A stretch of DNA of 64,000 nucleotides from Lama glama (Eukaryota), in NCBI GenBank assembly GCA_028534125.1, contig CM052816.1:14448001-14512000 (forward strand), in the 5' to 3' direction. A model generated the notes under the pieces. It was not told where the DNA came from and searched no databases. It saw nothing but the letters and a program-made list of their open reading frames with translations. This document shows, one piece after another, positions 24,601 to 36,130 of the stretch. The position numbers and the translations under genes are program-made. Position 1 is the stretch's first letter, and each line of letters starts with the position of its first letter.

Positions 24601-26079
24601 TTTGAGGAAAGGAGAGCAAAGAAGGAGAAAAGGGGGCACAAAAGGTCAGAGCAGATGGTTCCAAACTTTTTTGATCTTGGGCCTTTGAAAATCCCTAATC
24701 TCACCTTTCCTCACCTGCCAGAGGGACATCATGTCTCCTTCCCTGGGGTATGTTAAGATGTCTAATAGAACCACACAGGGACAACACTGTGATTCAAAGG
24801 GACAGAGACCTCTCAGCTGGAAGAAACAGGCTTGAGGGGCATCCTGGCCTGGCCTGGCTCCCCACTTTTCCAAAATGTGACTAAGAGCTCATACTCCTTG
24901 CTCATAGCGCAAGTCTTGTGTGAGGAACCCCCTCTTCTAGATGTTTCCCTGTAATTAAGATGGAAAATGTTTGTTGCTGAGAACATACGGTATTGATAGT
25001 AATAACAAACTAACAGCTAACATTTATTGAAAGCTCACTATATTCCAAGAATGGAACCAAGCACTTTATACGTGGTTAGACACAATTATTTCAATTAATT
25101 CTCCAACTGTCTTATGAGGTAAGTAGATATTACTCCCATTTTACAGATGGGGAACAAGCTCAGATAGATTAAGTCATTGGCCCAAGGTCACACTAGGGCC
25201 TAACTAGGCAGCAGTTGAATCAGGACAGGATTCTGGAGGCCAAGCTTTGACCCACTGGGATATACTACCTTCTATTTTAAGCCCATGAGGAGATGCCAGC
25301 CCACCTTTTATCCCTAGACTTTCATATTGACTCTGCAGATATAAACTGATACCATTTATGAACACAGGATTTATTGGGGATCTCAGAAACTGCCATGATT
25401 TCCTTGTCCTAGAAGCACCTAGACCTGGCTCCTGATTCCTAGAATCAGAGAAGAGAAGAGATGCCAAAACATCTGGAATTGCAGGAGGAAGCCAAAACAG
25501 ACCGCTGGAAGGTGTCAGTTTCTGGATGTTCCTCAGCAAAACACTCCTGGGCTCAAGCCCTCCTGCTTGAGAAGAGAGGCCCACTTTGGTCTCCCCTCTG
25601 GACCTCTCTTCTCCCAGTGGTGATCCCGAGAGCTCATTTTAGAATGATGGTCTGAGGCAGGTGACAGGTGAGCCACAGAGGGTCACAGAAAGTAAAACCA
25701 GTTAGTGAGGGGGAGGATCTGCCACTGGGCATGGACCCTGTTCTTTTGGGGCCGCACCCAGGGCCCTCGATTATTGTGTACAGCCCATTCCAGGAAGTGA
25801 GAACTATCGTGGACATTGGGTCATGGTCTCTTCTTTCCCCACCTCTCCCTGGTACATGGACTTCAGCTTTATTCCTCCAGTGATTAGCAGAGCCTGAGCT
25901 CCATAGCTACAAATTAGGTCTGGAGTCAGTTTAAGACCGCTAACGTCCCAGACCTTATGTGGCTGAAATTTGGGCTGTCGCAGACACTTTCTGGCTCATC
26001 CTTTTAACCCTCATTGATCCTGGTATTCTTCTCCTCTGGTCTGTGAACTCCTAAAGGGCAGGGTCCAAATTAGTGTTGA

Positions 26080-26545
26080 ATATGGTCAGTTGGCATGCGT
26101 CCTCTAATCCGACTTTCTTCTCCTGTATTACAGAGCCTAGAAAGCTAGAATACATTTCCCTGACTCCCTTACAATTAAGTGCACTTGTGTGACTGGAAGG
26201 CAGAAAAGTGAAAGAGGACTTCTTTCTACTCTTTTTGGCTTTCTGCTGGCAAGCAGGATCCTGGAGACATGGAGTTCTCCTGTAACAGTCATTCCAGCTT
26301 CCTGGTCTCTTTTTCCTAATTCCTAGATGGCAAAGCTTTGGCAGTGTGTTCTTTAATTCAGTAGTTCCAAGGGTGGCTTCAGGTCTTTCTGATCATGGCA
26401 TACATACCTCTCCAGGTATTAGCTGTTTTAGGAGTCCATTCCACAAGTCTCTTTAATATTTTTGTAAGCTCTCAATTCCCTATGTTAAATGCCCTTCAGT
26501 TTAAAATACCTAGAGTAGTTTCTGTTTCCTCACTGAACTAAGACC
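26080..26545 (+). mobile_element. ERVL LTR (LTR33/LTR16-like), decayed
   Basis: Terminal 'ttaaatgcccttcagtttaaaatacctagagtagtttctgtttcctcactgaac'. Confidence 0.55.
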
Positions 26546-29419
26546 TCAAACAGCTGTGAAATGACTTCTTGGAGAAACGAGGGGAGGTGGGGAGCCAGTA
26601 TGGTAAAAGGTAGGAAGCCAGTTAAGCAGAGACAAATATATATTATCATAAATCAGCTTCTCTTACTGACAACCAGTAGGCTTTCTCATTTGGAGTAAAA
26701 CAGACATAGAGGCAGGGGCAGAGCAGGTAGGTAAGTAGGCAAAGAAAGAGACATATTTCAAGGATTGCAAAGCTAATGCACAGGGGACAGACAGTCAAAT
26801 AAGTATACAGTTCAAATGTGGCAGTTCAGAAGTCTGCTACAGATCCACCATTAAATACAGATTAATGTGTGTGACCCATAGACACATATATACACACACA
26901 CACCCATGGTATGACTCAGGATTTTCTCTCCTGGTTGGAGAACTCAACCCCTTTATTCACTATAATGGCCCCAAATGGGATGAAGAATGATATAGAAGGT
27001 AAAAGATGTGTGTCTGTTAGGAGGATAAGAATCAAGGTGAGGTGATAAGACTGCAGAGAAAGAAGTAAAAATGAAGTAGGAATAATGAAGGAAGAGCTGA
27101 AAGTAGGTGGGAGGGTATAATGGGAGTGAATTTAAATTGAAAGGAGGCGAATGAAGGGATGTTTGAAGGTAGATAAGCAAGAAAACCAACCTCCTCACTC
27201 CTGAATAACTTAAATTGCAGAGTGCCTGGAAAATAGTAGGCATTAGAGATACATTCACTGAACTAAAGAACAAATTTAGGAAGGACAAGGAGGCAGGATC
27301 ACACAGGATGGGGTTTGTATGTCCTAATGACCACTAACATTTACCAAGTTTTACCATGAGCTAGGTACTCTGCTAAACACTTTATATGCATTATCATTTT
27401 AAATCCACACAAGCTCTCTATGAGACAATTGCTAAATTATTCCCATTGAATAGATGAAGAAACTAAAGCTCAGTTTATGTAACTCATCCAAGATCACACA
27501 GATAGTTAAGTGGCAGAGTTAGGATTTGAATTGACTTCTTTAATTTCAAAACCAGTGTTTCTCACCACCACACTGTATGTATTTTTCTTTGTGTCGAGGG
27601 TAAGTCCATGCCCCCTTCCCATAAGTTTAGGGGGGACCCTGAGGGACATGTTCCCAGGCCTGGCCTATCAGACAGGAGAGGGCTAGCAGAGGAGGGATGG
27701 GGCAAGCAGCTGGGGCCAGGCTAGGCTCCCTGTCTGGGGAGGGACCATATTAAAGTCTCATCTTCAACAACATGCAGAAAAACAATTTGAAACTTAATCA
27801 TCTCCCAGAATTATGATCCCTCCCCGCAGCAGGGAGCACATTAGCAGAGCTGGGAAATGATAATTCAGCAGCCCCCAACCCAGCAGGGAGAGAAAGAAAG
27901 GAGGAGGGAGAAGGGAGTGAGGAAAACAGAAACAGAGGTACAGGAAGGGAAGAGGTGGGGGCAGGGAGAGGCAGGGCTTGACCTCTCCCAGTTTTTTCCT
28001 TGACTCTGGTCAGAGTCAGAATTTCCAGGGAGTGGCCTGGTGGCACCTGACCCTTCAGTTCTGCTCAGATAGGGCAGGGGTCAAGTTGCTCCTTGGGTCA
28101 GTTCTCAGCATCCATGGATCCTCATGTCCGGAGCTGCACCATGCCCACACAGCCAGGTGTGGTTTGCAATGTTTCCTCCTGGGTGGAGGAGAGCTCCCGA
28201 GCCCCTCGCCAGCTTAGGCTGGCCCTCAGCACCCTCTTGTCTGATGGCACCTAGGCGAATCACTGGTCCGTCAGGACCCGAGGTGCTGGACAGCTCCCAG
28301 CCCCAGAAAAGTTTCTCCGTAGTGAGCGGGATGGGTGAGGCGAGGCTTCCCCTGCACCGCGACAGTCCCCACCCTCAGGAGAAGCGCGAAGGCTGCCGGG
28401 AGCTAGCGGGGGACAGGGCTCAGGGTCGTGAAGGGGTCCAGATGGAGATCTGGTGGGGACCTGGAGACTGGAGCCCTGGGGGCAACTTCTCCAGACGCAT
28501 TCCTTCCTTCTGAGTCGAGACCCCCCAGTGCCCCCACCACCCTCCGCCAGGGACAATGGTGCCTTCAGCCCCCAGAGATGAATGGGGCCTTTGAGAGCCG
28601 CACGCCACGGGGTCAGCAGCGGCCACCGGGTCCCGGGGCTGCCCAGCCTCCAGAGCACGGAGCCACTGGTCTGGGGCGAGGGCGTAGCTCTTGGGGGAGG
28701 GGAGGTATTCCATGGTCCTTGTCTTAGACTAAGACCGGTGGCTCCTGGGAAAGAGATTCATCCAAGATCAAGCAGTAAAGAAGGATTTTAGGGGCGTGGG
28801 TGGGGAGGGAGGAACGCTTCTCTCCGTGTCAGGGGAGGGGACAGTCTTGTGCCCTCTCCTCAGGAGGCAGCAGAGTAAGCTGTGTGTGGGCAGAATCTAT
28901 CAAGCTTTTGCTATGTCCTCTCTCCCCTCTCCAAATCAAGGTCCCATACTCCCTTTGGATGGGGCAACTTCCTTCTTCTCTCAGCGCCCAGGTCCCTTCT
29001 TCTGGGGCTACCTCTGAGGTCTGGTCCCTCCTCCCTGCTCCTCCTGTCTCCCCTCCCCTTCTCGCACTGCACAGACTACCCGGTTTCTATGGAAACAGGC
29101 CTAGGAAGGCTCTGCCAGGAGGCCAAGGCCACTACTGCTCTTGGGGAGGAGGAGGGTGGAGGAATTGAAAGTAAGGAGCCGAAGGTGAGTTCTAGCTACT
29201 TCTAGGGACTGTTGGGAGTGAGATTTTCACTGTTGGGGAGGTATCAAGAAGAGAAGCCAGAGATATATTTTCATGATGTATTCGAGGCAGAGTTGAAGAG
29301 CTCCTTCTTGTTCCTCTAGTTCTTAGCGCTCCAGAAATCTAGACAAGCCCCCTCAGAGGGGAAATCAGTGGGTGAAGAAGGGAGACAGGCAGTACCTTTT
29401 CACATAAGGCTCTATTGTT

Positions 29420-29553
29420 GTGTTTTTTGGGAGTGTGTGCAGGGTGGGTAGGTAATTAGGCTTATTTATTTTTAGAGGAGGTACTGGGGATTGAACCCAG
29501 GACTTCATGCATGCTAAGCATGTGCTCTACTCCTTGAGTTATACCCTCCCCCC
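29420..29553 (-). mobile_element. Vic-1-type camelid SINE with target-site duplication
   Basis: 'ggtaattagg.ttatttattttt.gaggaggtactggggattgaacccagg...ataccctcccccc'; TSD aggctctat(t/a)gtt at 29407 and 29555. Confidence 0.85.
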
Positions 29554-30589
29554 GAGGCTCTATAGTTTTACCCCTCCTGGGGAAATGCCCATTTGAGAGA
29601 AGGAGGCACTAGAAGGCTACTGGAGGGGAAATTGGGGTGGGTGTAGGTGTTCAGGGCTGTGCAGGAATTTCCCATAGGCAGCTGGAGCTAGAGGTGGCCA
29701 GAGGCCTAGCAGCGTCAGGTGCTTCTGTAGCATCTCTCCTAGCACCCACCTCCAGTAGGGGGGTGGGTCTGGAGGCTGCAGCTTCCTCCCCTCTATCCAC
29801 TCTGTCAGTACGTTGGGGTATGAAAAGAAGAGATTGGAGGTGGCCAAGTAGGGGTTGGGAGGAGGGAAAGTAAAAGAAGACTATGGAAAGAGGGGTCAGG
29901 AGAGGGGTAGGTGGGGTGGTGCAGATATGCATGGTGAGGTCAGGTAGGGAGCTTCTGAGAGGCTGGACTGTCAGGTCCTGGGAGTGAACCCAGCCTTCAC
30001 AACCTCCCAATGGTCCCACCTCAAACAAAGTTGCTTCTTGAGCAGTGACCACTGGAAACCTCAGAGTCCTAGGAGAATGTATTGGGTGGGGGTTCCCTTG
30101 GGAAGGGGCCTCTCAGGTTATTAGAAGGTTCAGCAAAGCTTCCCTGGGGAAGAGAGGGGAGTAAAAAGGGTCCCTTGGGAGCCTAGACATTCCTGGACCT
30201 GAGCCATCACTCTCCTTTGGCCAGAGCCCCCAGCACAGCCGTTTTGGTGTTTGCTTATTTTGGTTATTTTTTGATCAGATATTTTGGCGCTGTGCACACT
30301 GCCTCCTGTTGCCATGGCAGCCGTGACAGGGGCTGAGGCACCGTGAGAAAAATACCAAAATTAATGAGTGAGCGAAAGTGCAGCCGAGAGAAAAACAAGG
30401 TTAAAAAAAGAGTTAAAACAGTAATGAAAACAGGCTTCCCAGCTCCACAGCAAAGCAGCTGCTGAAGCCTCCCCAGAGCAGCAGCCCCCGCCCAGCCTCA
30501 GGCTCCTGGCATCTCCCAGACCTCAAGGCAGAACTCACTTGCCTTCCCCCACCCAGCCAGCCAGACGCAGCAGCAGCCACTTGGGAACC

Positions 30590-31169
30590 GTCCCAAGTAC
30601 AACAGTAGATCAGCTCCTACAGCAGATCAGCTCCCATCTCAGGTAGCATCATGCCTCCTAGAACTGCTTCCCAGGGAATAGCTTCTCATCACCTAGACAA
30701 CGGAGTCTGGGCTACGGGCCCCCACACAACAGTAGTCCAGCTATATCACCAGGAAATGGCCTCCCAGCTACACCCGAGCTTCAGAGCTATGGCTGCAGGC
30801 ATAACAGCATCCCAGCTAGAGTCCTGCACATGATAACAGCCCAGCCACAAGCCTGGGCAACAGCATCTTAGCTATAGCCAATCCCCAGAATGCTGTCATC
30901 ACAGCTATAGTTTCAGGACCAATAGCATCCGAGCTACAGTCCTATACACAACAGTAGCTCTGCTCTTATCCCAGGTAACAGCCTTCCTCCCAGGTACAGG
31001 CTCCTAGCAACAGCCTCTCATCTCCTAGGACCTAAGCAATAGATCCAGCTACAGTTCTACTTACGTCATATTAACAGAGAACAGTTTCTCAGCTATATAG
31101 CCAGTCTCAGGTATGCCAGCCTACACCTATAGCTTCAAGCATTTCAGTTACAGCCCTCCTCTCAACATG

Positions 31170-31208
<39 letters not shown>

Positions 31209-31480
31209 CTTGGCAACAGCCTCTTCAATAATCTGTTCTGGCTATAGCCTAGGCACACCAGCATCATAGCATCATAACAGTGTCCCAGCTGCGATCAGAG
31301 GCAACAATTTTTCTGTTACAGTGCCAGGCTCTACAGCATCCTAACTCTCTTAGCCACAGCCCATCCCAGGTATATAAATATCACAGCAAGAGACTTAAGC
31401 CACAAGCATCCCAACTACTCCCACGAAAAGCATCCCCCAGGGGCCAATCCCTGGCCGCAGTCTCAGCTGGAATCTCAGGT
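30590..31480. repeat. Highly degenerate ~27-30 bp tandem array (rough consensus AACAGCATCCCAGCTACAGTCCCAGG)
   Basis: Recurring units such as 'aacagcatcccagctagagtcc', 'aacagcatcttagctatagcc', 'aatagcatccgagctacagtcc', 'aatagatccagctacagttc'. Confidence 0.6.
31171..31206. repeat. (AC)18 microsatellite
   Basis: Directly visible. Confidence 0.97.
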
Positions 31481-33571
31481 ACCATCAGTTTAGAAGTCCC
31501 TCAGTTCTCTACTTGCCAGCCAGGTCCTCCTCCTAGTCTGGTATGGGGCCAGGAGCCTGGCTTCTGTCTTCTCAAATGCTACCTCCCAGTCTCTGTCCTT
31601 TGCCTGCCCTTCTTCTTGGGGATGATAGTCCCATCCTCATATCTACATTGTCCCAGAGTCAGGTCTCCCACAGAGCCCAGCCTGGCAGCTAGGGTAGGAG
31701 GGGATGGGGAACAGGGAAAAGAGTAGACACACCCCAGTGTTGCCCTGGCCCAGTTCTGCTCCTATTACTTGGTGCAGGATTTGGGTTTGATGGTGGTGGA
31801 GCAGGGAGGACAGAGGAGAACATCTGGGAGATTAGCATTTCCTGCCCAGCTCTGCGGCTGCCTATCTTGCTCAGCACTGAGCAAGGGAGGAGAACAGAGG
31901 AGCCTTTGAGTGGCTCCCAGCAAGCAGACTGGGGAGGGTTTGCTGCAGTGGGCAGCAGGCACAGGCTGGGGGCAGGGATGCTGGGGCAGCTCCTCTGTGG
32001 AAGATTTCTCCTCTCTGGGCCACTGACTCCTCCGCTGAAGCTGTGCTCAGTGATGGGAAGCATATGAGTTTTGCAAGGGACAAAGAGAAGCCACTCATAA
32101 GACAGATCCTGCTTTCACTGGCTCACCCCATCTCCCATCCAGAGCCCTTAATCTGGCCTTCTGGGGCTGAGGGCTGGGCCTGGGGACTAGAGCAGGGCCG
32201 CCCAGGCCAGAAAGAGTCCAGTTGAGAAGGGCTGCTCTTGGAGAGATCTTAGAAGCCCTTAGCCGGCCAGAGATCTCGCCTTTACTGTGAAGAGTGTTCA
32301 CAGAAAGGAAGGCGTCAGAAAGGGAGGAAGCAGAGGAAAGAGACAAGGGATAGACGAGTGGAAGTGATGGGAAAATAAGGATGGAGAAGGGGGAGGAGTC
32401 AGAGGCTGTGGTAAATAGAGGCCCAGCAACCAGTCACCTCATAATAGGCCTTTCCACACTCAGTGCCAGGCCTTGCCGGGGACAGCCTTTCTCAGTCTTC
32501 TGGCCTAGAACACTCTGCGTTTGCCCGGAAGTAGCCAAAGGCTGGAGGTCTTATTGCACTGGGGTCTTTGAGAGTCTGGGGTACCAAATCCTGAAGAAGG
32601 AAAAGGAGTTCCAGGCTGCTCAGACACCTCTAGATGGCGCCAGAAAGCCAGAGCTGAGCGAGAGAAACTGAGTATTAAGTGTGTGAGACATTGCGTTTGA
32701 CACCGTGTGTGACTCGGTGTGAGTGTGACAAGGAGCGTGTGGCACTGCGAGGGCGTGTGACACAGGCCGTGACACTGCGCGGTTTCGCAGGGTAGGGACT
32801 CGTGTGACTCTGTGTGAATGTGTGTATGTCACTGGTAAATGTGTTGGGGCCACAGATCCATGCCTCCCAGAGGGCAGGTGACTGGGGGACCCTCTAATAG
32901 CCCGAGCTCAGGCGCGTCACCTCATTCTCACATTTGATATCTTCCCCATTGCTTATTCTAAAGGTGCCTCTGGATTCCATTACCCTCCCCCTCCCACGGT
33001 CCCCTCCATAGCCCCACCCCCATGGCTTGCTGCGGCCACCGAGGCTGACCGCTCTGCGGCTTCGGCCAGAGGGGGAGGGGTGGACTTCCCCGGAGCGGAG
33101 CGCAGTGGGAAGGGAGGGCCACTCGGGGTGATCTGGGGGTCTGGGTAGGAAAAAGGTAGATCAGAAGGAGCAGATGCCCAGAGAAGAAGGCACTGGAGGA
33201 GACACTTCCCCTGCCTCGACTTCCCAGGGGGCAAGATAGGGGACAGGTGTTTGAGTGAGATCAGGAAAGGAATTCGAGAGGGGTCCCAGATGGGGGCTCG
33301 GAAGGGATAAGTGTAAGGTGAAGAGCCAGGGAGGATGAAGGCCTATGTGTCAGGGTCCCAAGTAGTGGGGATATAGCAAAGGGGGTTCTGGCCTTGGGGA
33401 GCGGTGTTCGGGGTCCCTCTCAGCAGGACCAGAGCTGTCCGGAGCTCCACCTCCCGGCCGCGGCGGCAGTGGTTGGGGGGGCAGGGAGGCGGGCGGGAGG
33501 CGGGCGGGCGGGCCAGGAGGGAGGGGGAGGGAGGGGGCGGGCCCGGCTGTGCGCTCCGCTCGCTGCTGGCT

Positions 33572-33604
<33 letters not shown>
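33572..33604 (+). repeat. (CCG)11 trinucleotide repeat at the PCDH1 TSS/5' UTR
   Basis: Eleven perfect CCG units followed by CCT CCT. Confidence 0.97.
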
Positions 33605-33606
<2 letters not shown>

Positions 33607-33760
33607 TCCTCAGCCTCACACACTCCGGGAGCGGGAGCGCGGCGAGGACACGAAGCCGCCGGGGCTGCTGCGCCCAGAGCCAGCCGGAGCCGGACCCTGA
33701 ACCGCAGCGCCAGCCCGAGCCGTGCAGAGCCGCAGCCCGGGCCGGGGCCGGTGGCGGCTC

Positions 33761-33800
33761 ATGGAGAGCAGGGCCCGCGGCCGGCGCTGCCCCGAGGCGG
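33761..33800 (+). CDS. PCDH1: PCDH1 coding exon 1 (MESRARGRRCPEA)
   Basis: ctcATGG start, donor CGG|gtaagg, 40 nt phase 1; homologous to recalled human MDSGAGGRRCPEA; joins exon 2 in frame. Confidence 0.92.
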
Positions 33801-34859
33801 GTAAGGATCGGTGGCGGTGGAGGCGGCGGTGACTCCCGGCGGGGAGCGGCCATGGCCGGAGGGAGCCAAGGGAGGGGCGCTCAGCCGACCGAGGCCACGG
33901 GGGCCCGGTCGGTACTCAGCGCGCCGGGGCTGAGGTGGGGACCGTTGGGGGCTCGGAATGGGGGTTGCGGCTGGGGCACTCCGGCCTCCAAGGTCCGCGG
34001 CGAGAAGCTCGAACGAGGAAAGGGGTGCTGGATCGGACCCCAGTTTAGGCGTCCCGCACCCCGGCGCGCTTGGAGCCGCGCGGTAAAGGGGGCTCCAGAA
34101 GCGCGAGGGACGGAGATGGTTTGGAGGAAGCGCACAGCCCCCAGTTGGGGGGGGGTGTTCCCTGAGGACGAAGCAAGCAAGGACCCTCATCCACACACAC
34201 ACTTGTTGGGCGACCAGCTCGGATCACTCAGGTGCTTCCAGCTCCCCGCGGGTACCCGGAGGGCCAGACCACGGACATATGTACACGCATACATACATAT
34301 GTGCACACAGGCATACCTCCCGCACACCAGCGCCCACTGGGGCACCGTCACTAGCTCAGAATCCGCTTCAACATTTGAACGCTCAGCAGCACGGACATAC
34401 AACCCGTGGCCATTCAGAGCAGCAGAACACAACCGGGTGTGACATTCCGCGACATGTACACACAAACACAAACTCGTGCCCTCATGTACGAGTGTCACGG
34501 CCACGGTTCGCCATGTGAACACTCAAAATCCAGCCTCCACACACATATTCCTTTAAGGAACACACCCTAACATAAATTATGTTACACTCCTTGGCCAGAA
34601 CATAGGTACACAACATACGCCTCGCTTATACTTCTTGACTGCATCTATAACCACAGAACCCTATGTCTCAGCACACGCCTTGACGGCACACACCCTAACA
34701 CAGCAAGTGGCACCCACAGCAGCGCCTGACGGTCACAAACACAGAATCTACTGCTTCACACATCTTAACACTGGCTGTCACACACACCTTACACCAACAG
34801 TGTCACATTACACCTTGCAGCGTATACACACAAACACACGCTCTGTGCCTCTCCCTCGG

Positions 34860-36130
34860 AGGCAAGATACCATCAGGGGAAGGCGCCGGGCCGCCCAGAG
34901 AGTCCCTAGCGCCCCTTTCCCCTTATCGCGACACTGTTAGTGTAAATATCGGCCCAGCGGTAACCCTTGGGGCTGGCAGGCTGGCCGGACCTGCTTCCCT
35001 GCCGGCGCCTCCCCCACCCCCACTCCGGGGCCGGGCCGGCCAGCCGGGTATTCCCGGAAGGAGCTGGACCTGGCAGGCCGCGCCATCCCGCCTCCCCGGA
35101 GCTCTAGGGCTCTAGGTCCCTTTGCAGAGGGTAAAGCCTTGGGCAGTGTTCGCGACCCTCTTCGGACCTTTTAGCTGCATTCTCCGAGCCACCTGGGTCC
35201 CCAGCACATCTGGGTCCCACACACCTGTGTCCCTCTCACACCTGGGCGTCCCCTCCGCGGGTCCCGGCTGCAGGCCAGAGTCGTGTGCTCCCACAAGACC
35301 CTGAGATCAGGAGGGAGATCACTGCACGCGCAGAAGCAAAATTAGCTGGCCAGAAGGACCCGCACCCTTTCCGCCTAGCTACCCTCGGGAGCCCAGACTT
35401 TTGGCCTCAGTTTCCCAGCAGTGGTGGGCGACGATTCCTTCTAGCAGGGAATTTTCGGGGCGGCTTGGAGGGCTTTGAGGATTCAGCGTGGGGCAACGAC
35501 CTCTTATCCGCCCTCGGCGAGAGGGTCCGTTTTATGAGAATTTCTCCCCAAGGCCAGGCTCGCCGCTTTGTGATTCCGGCGCCGGTTCCCTCCCCGCCCC
35601 CTCCCGGCGCCCGCTGCGCGGCTCCTGCCCGCGCCGGCTTGCGGGGTACCCTAGGCTGAGGCCCGAGATGCGGAGGAGGAGGGATTCCCCGCCGCGGCCC
35701 CCGGGGCTGGAGGCGCAAGGGGCCCGCTGGCGACGCGCTTTCTCACCGCGCCGCGCTCCCGCCTCGCCCCGAGCTCGGGGAGGCCCGGCGTCGCCGGGGT
35801 GGGGGTTGGGCCGGCCGAGCAGGAGGATGGCTGAGGAACAGCCGCCGTCCCCCCTCCCCCGACTCACACTCCCGCGTCCGCTGGGAGGAGACGCCCCACG
35901 CGCAGGCTGTGTCGGGGGAGCGCCCTGACCACGGCGGTGTAGGCAGGGGGCTGCCCCCGGCCGGCGGAGTCCAGGACGTCCTGCCGGAAGACGCAGGGAG
36001 CCTTCCATTACCTGCTCTGGGCCAACCCTCGGTAGCTGCCAGGAAAGAGGGCGCCCGGAAGGTGTTTGTGACAGCCCAGAGGTCTGAGTGTGTGCCACGG
36101 GGCGGGTGTGTGTGCGCGCGCGCGTGCTTT
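34860..36130. promoter_or_regulatory. Second CpG-rich block in PCDH1 intron 1
   Basis: GC/CpG-rich, no credible ORF. Confidence 0.65.

Larger units (their letters stand above)
33000..34150 (+). promoter_or_regulatory. PCDH1: PCDH1 CpG-island promoter and 5' UTR
   Basis: CpG-dense; G-run/GC-box cluster ~33475-33545 (G-quadruplex potential) upstream of exon 1. Confidence 0.88.

Noticed and set aside
30590..31480. Repeat-spacer-like look suggesting a CRISPR array
   Set aside because: Units are highly divergent with no constant repeat or unique fixed-length spacers, there are no cas genes, and the context is mammalian.
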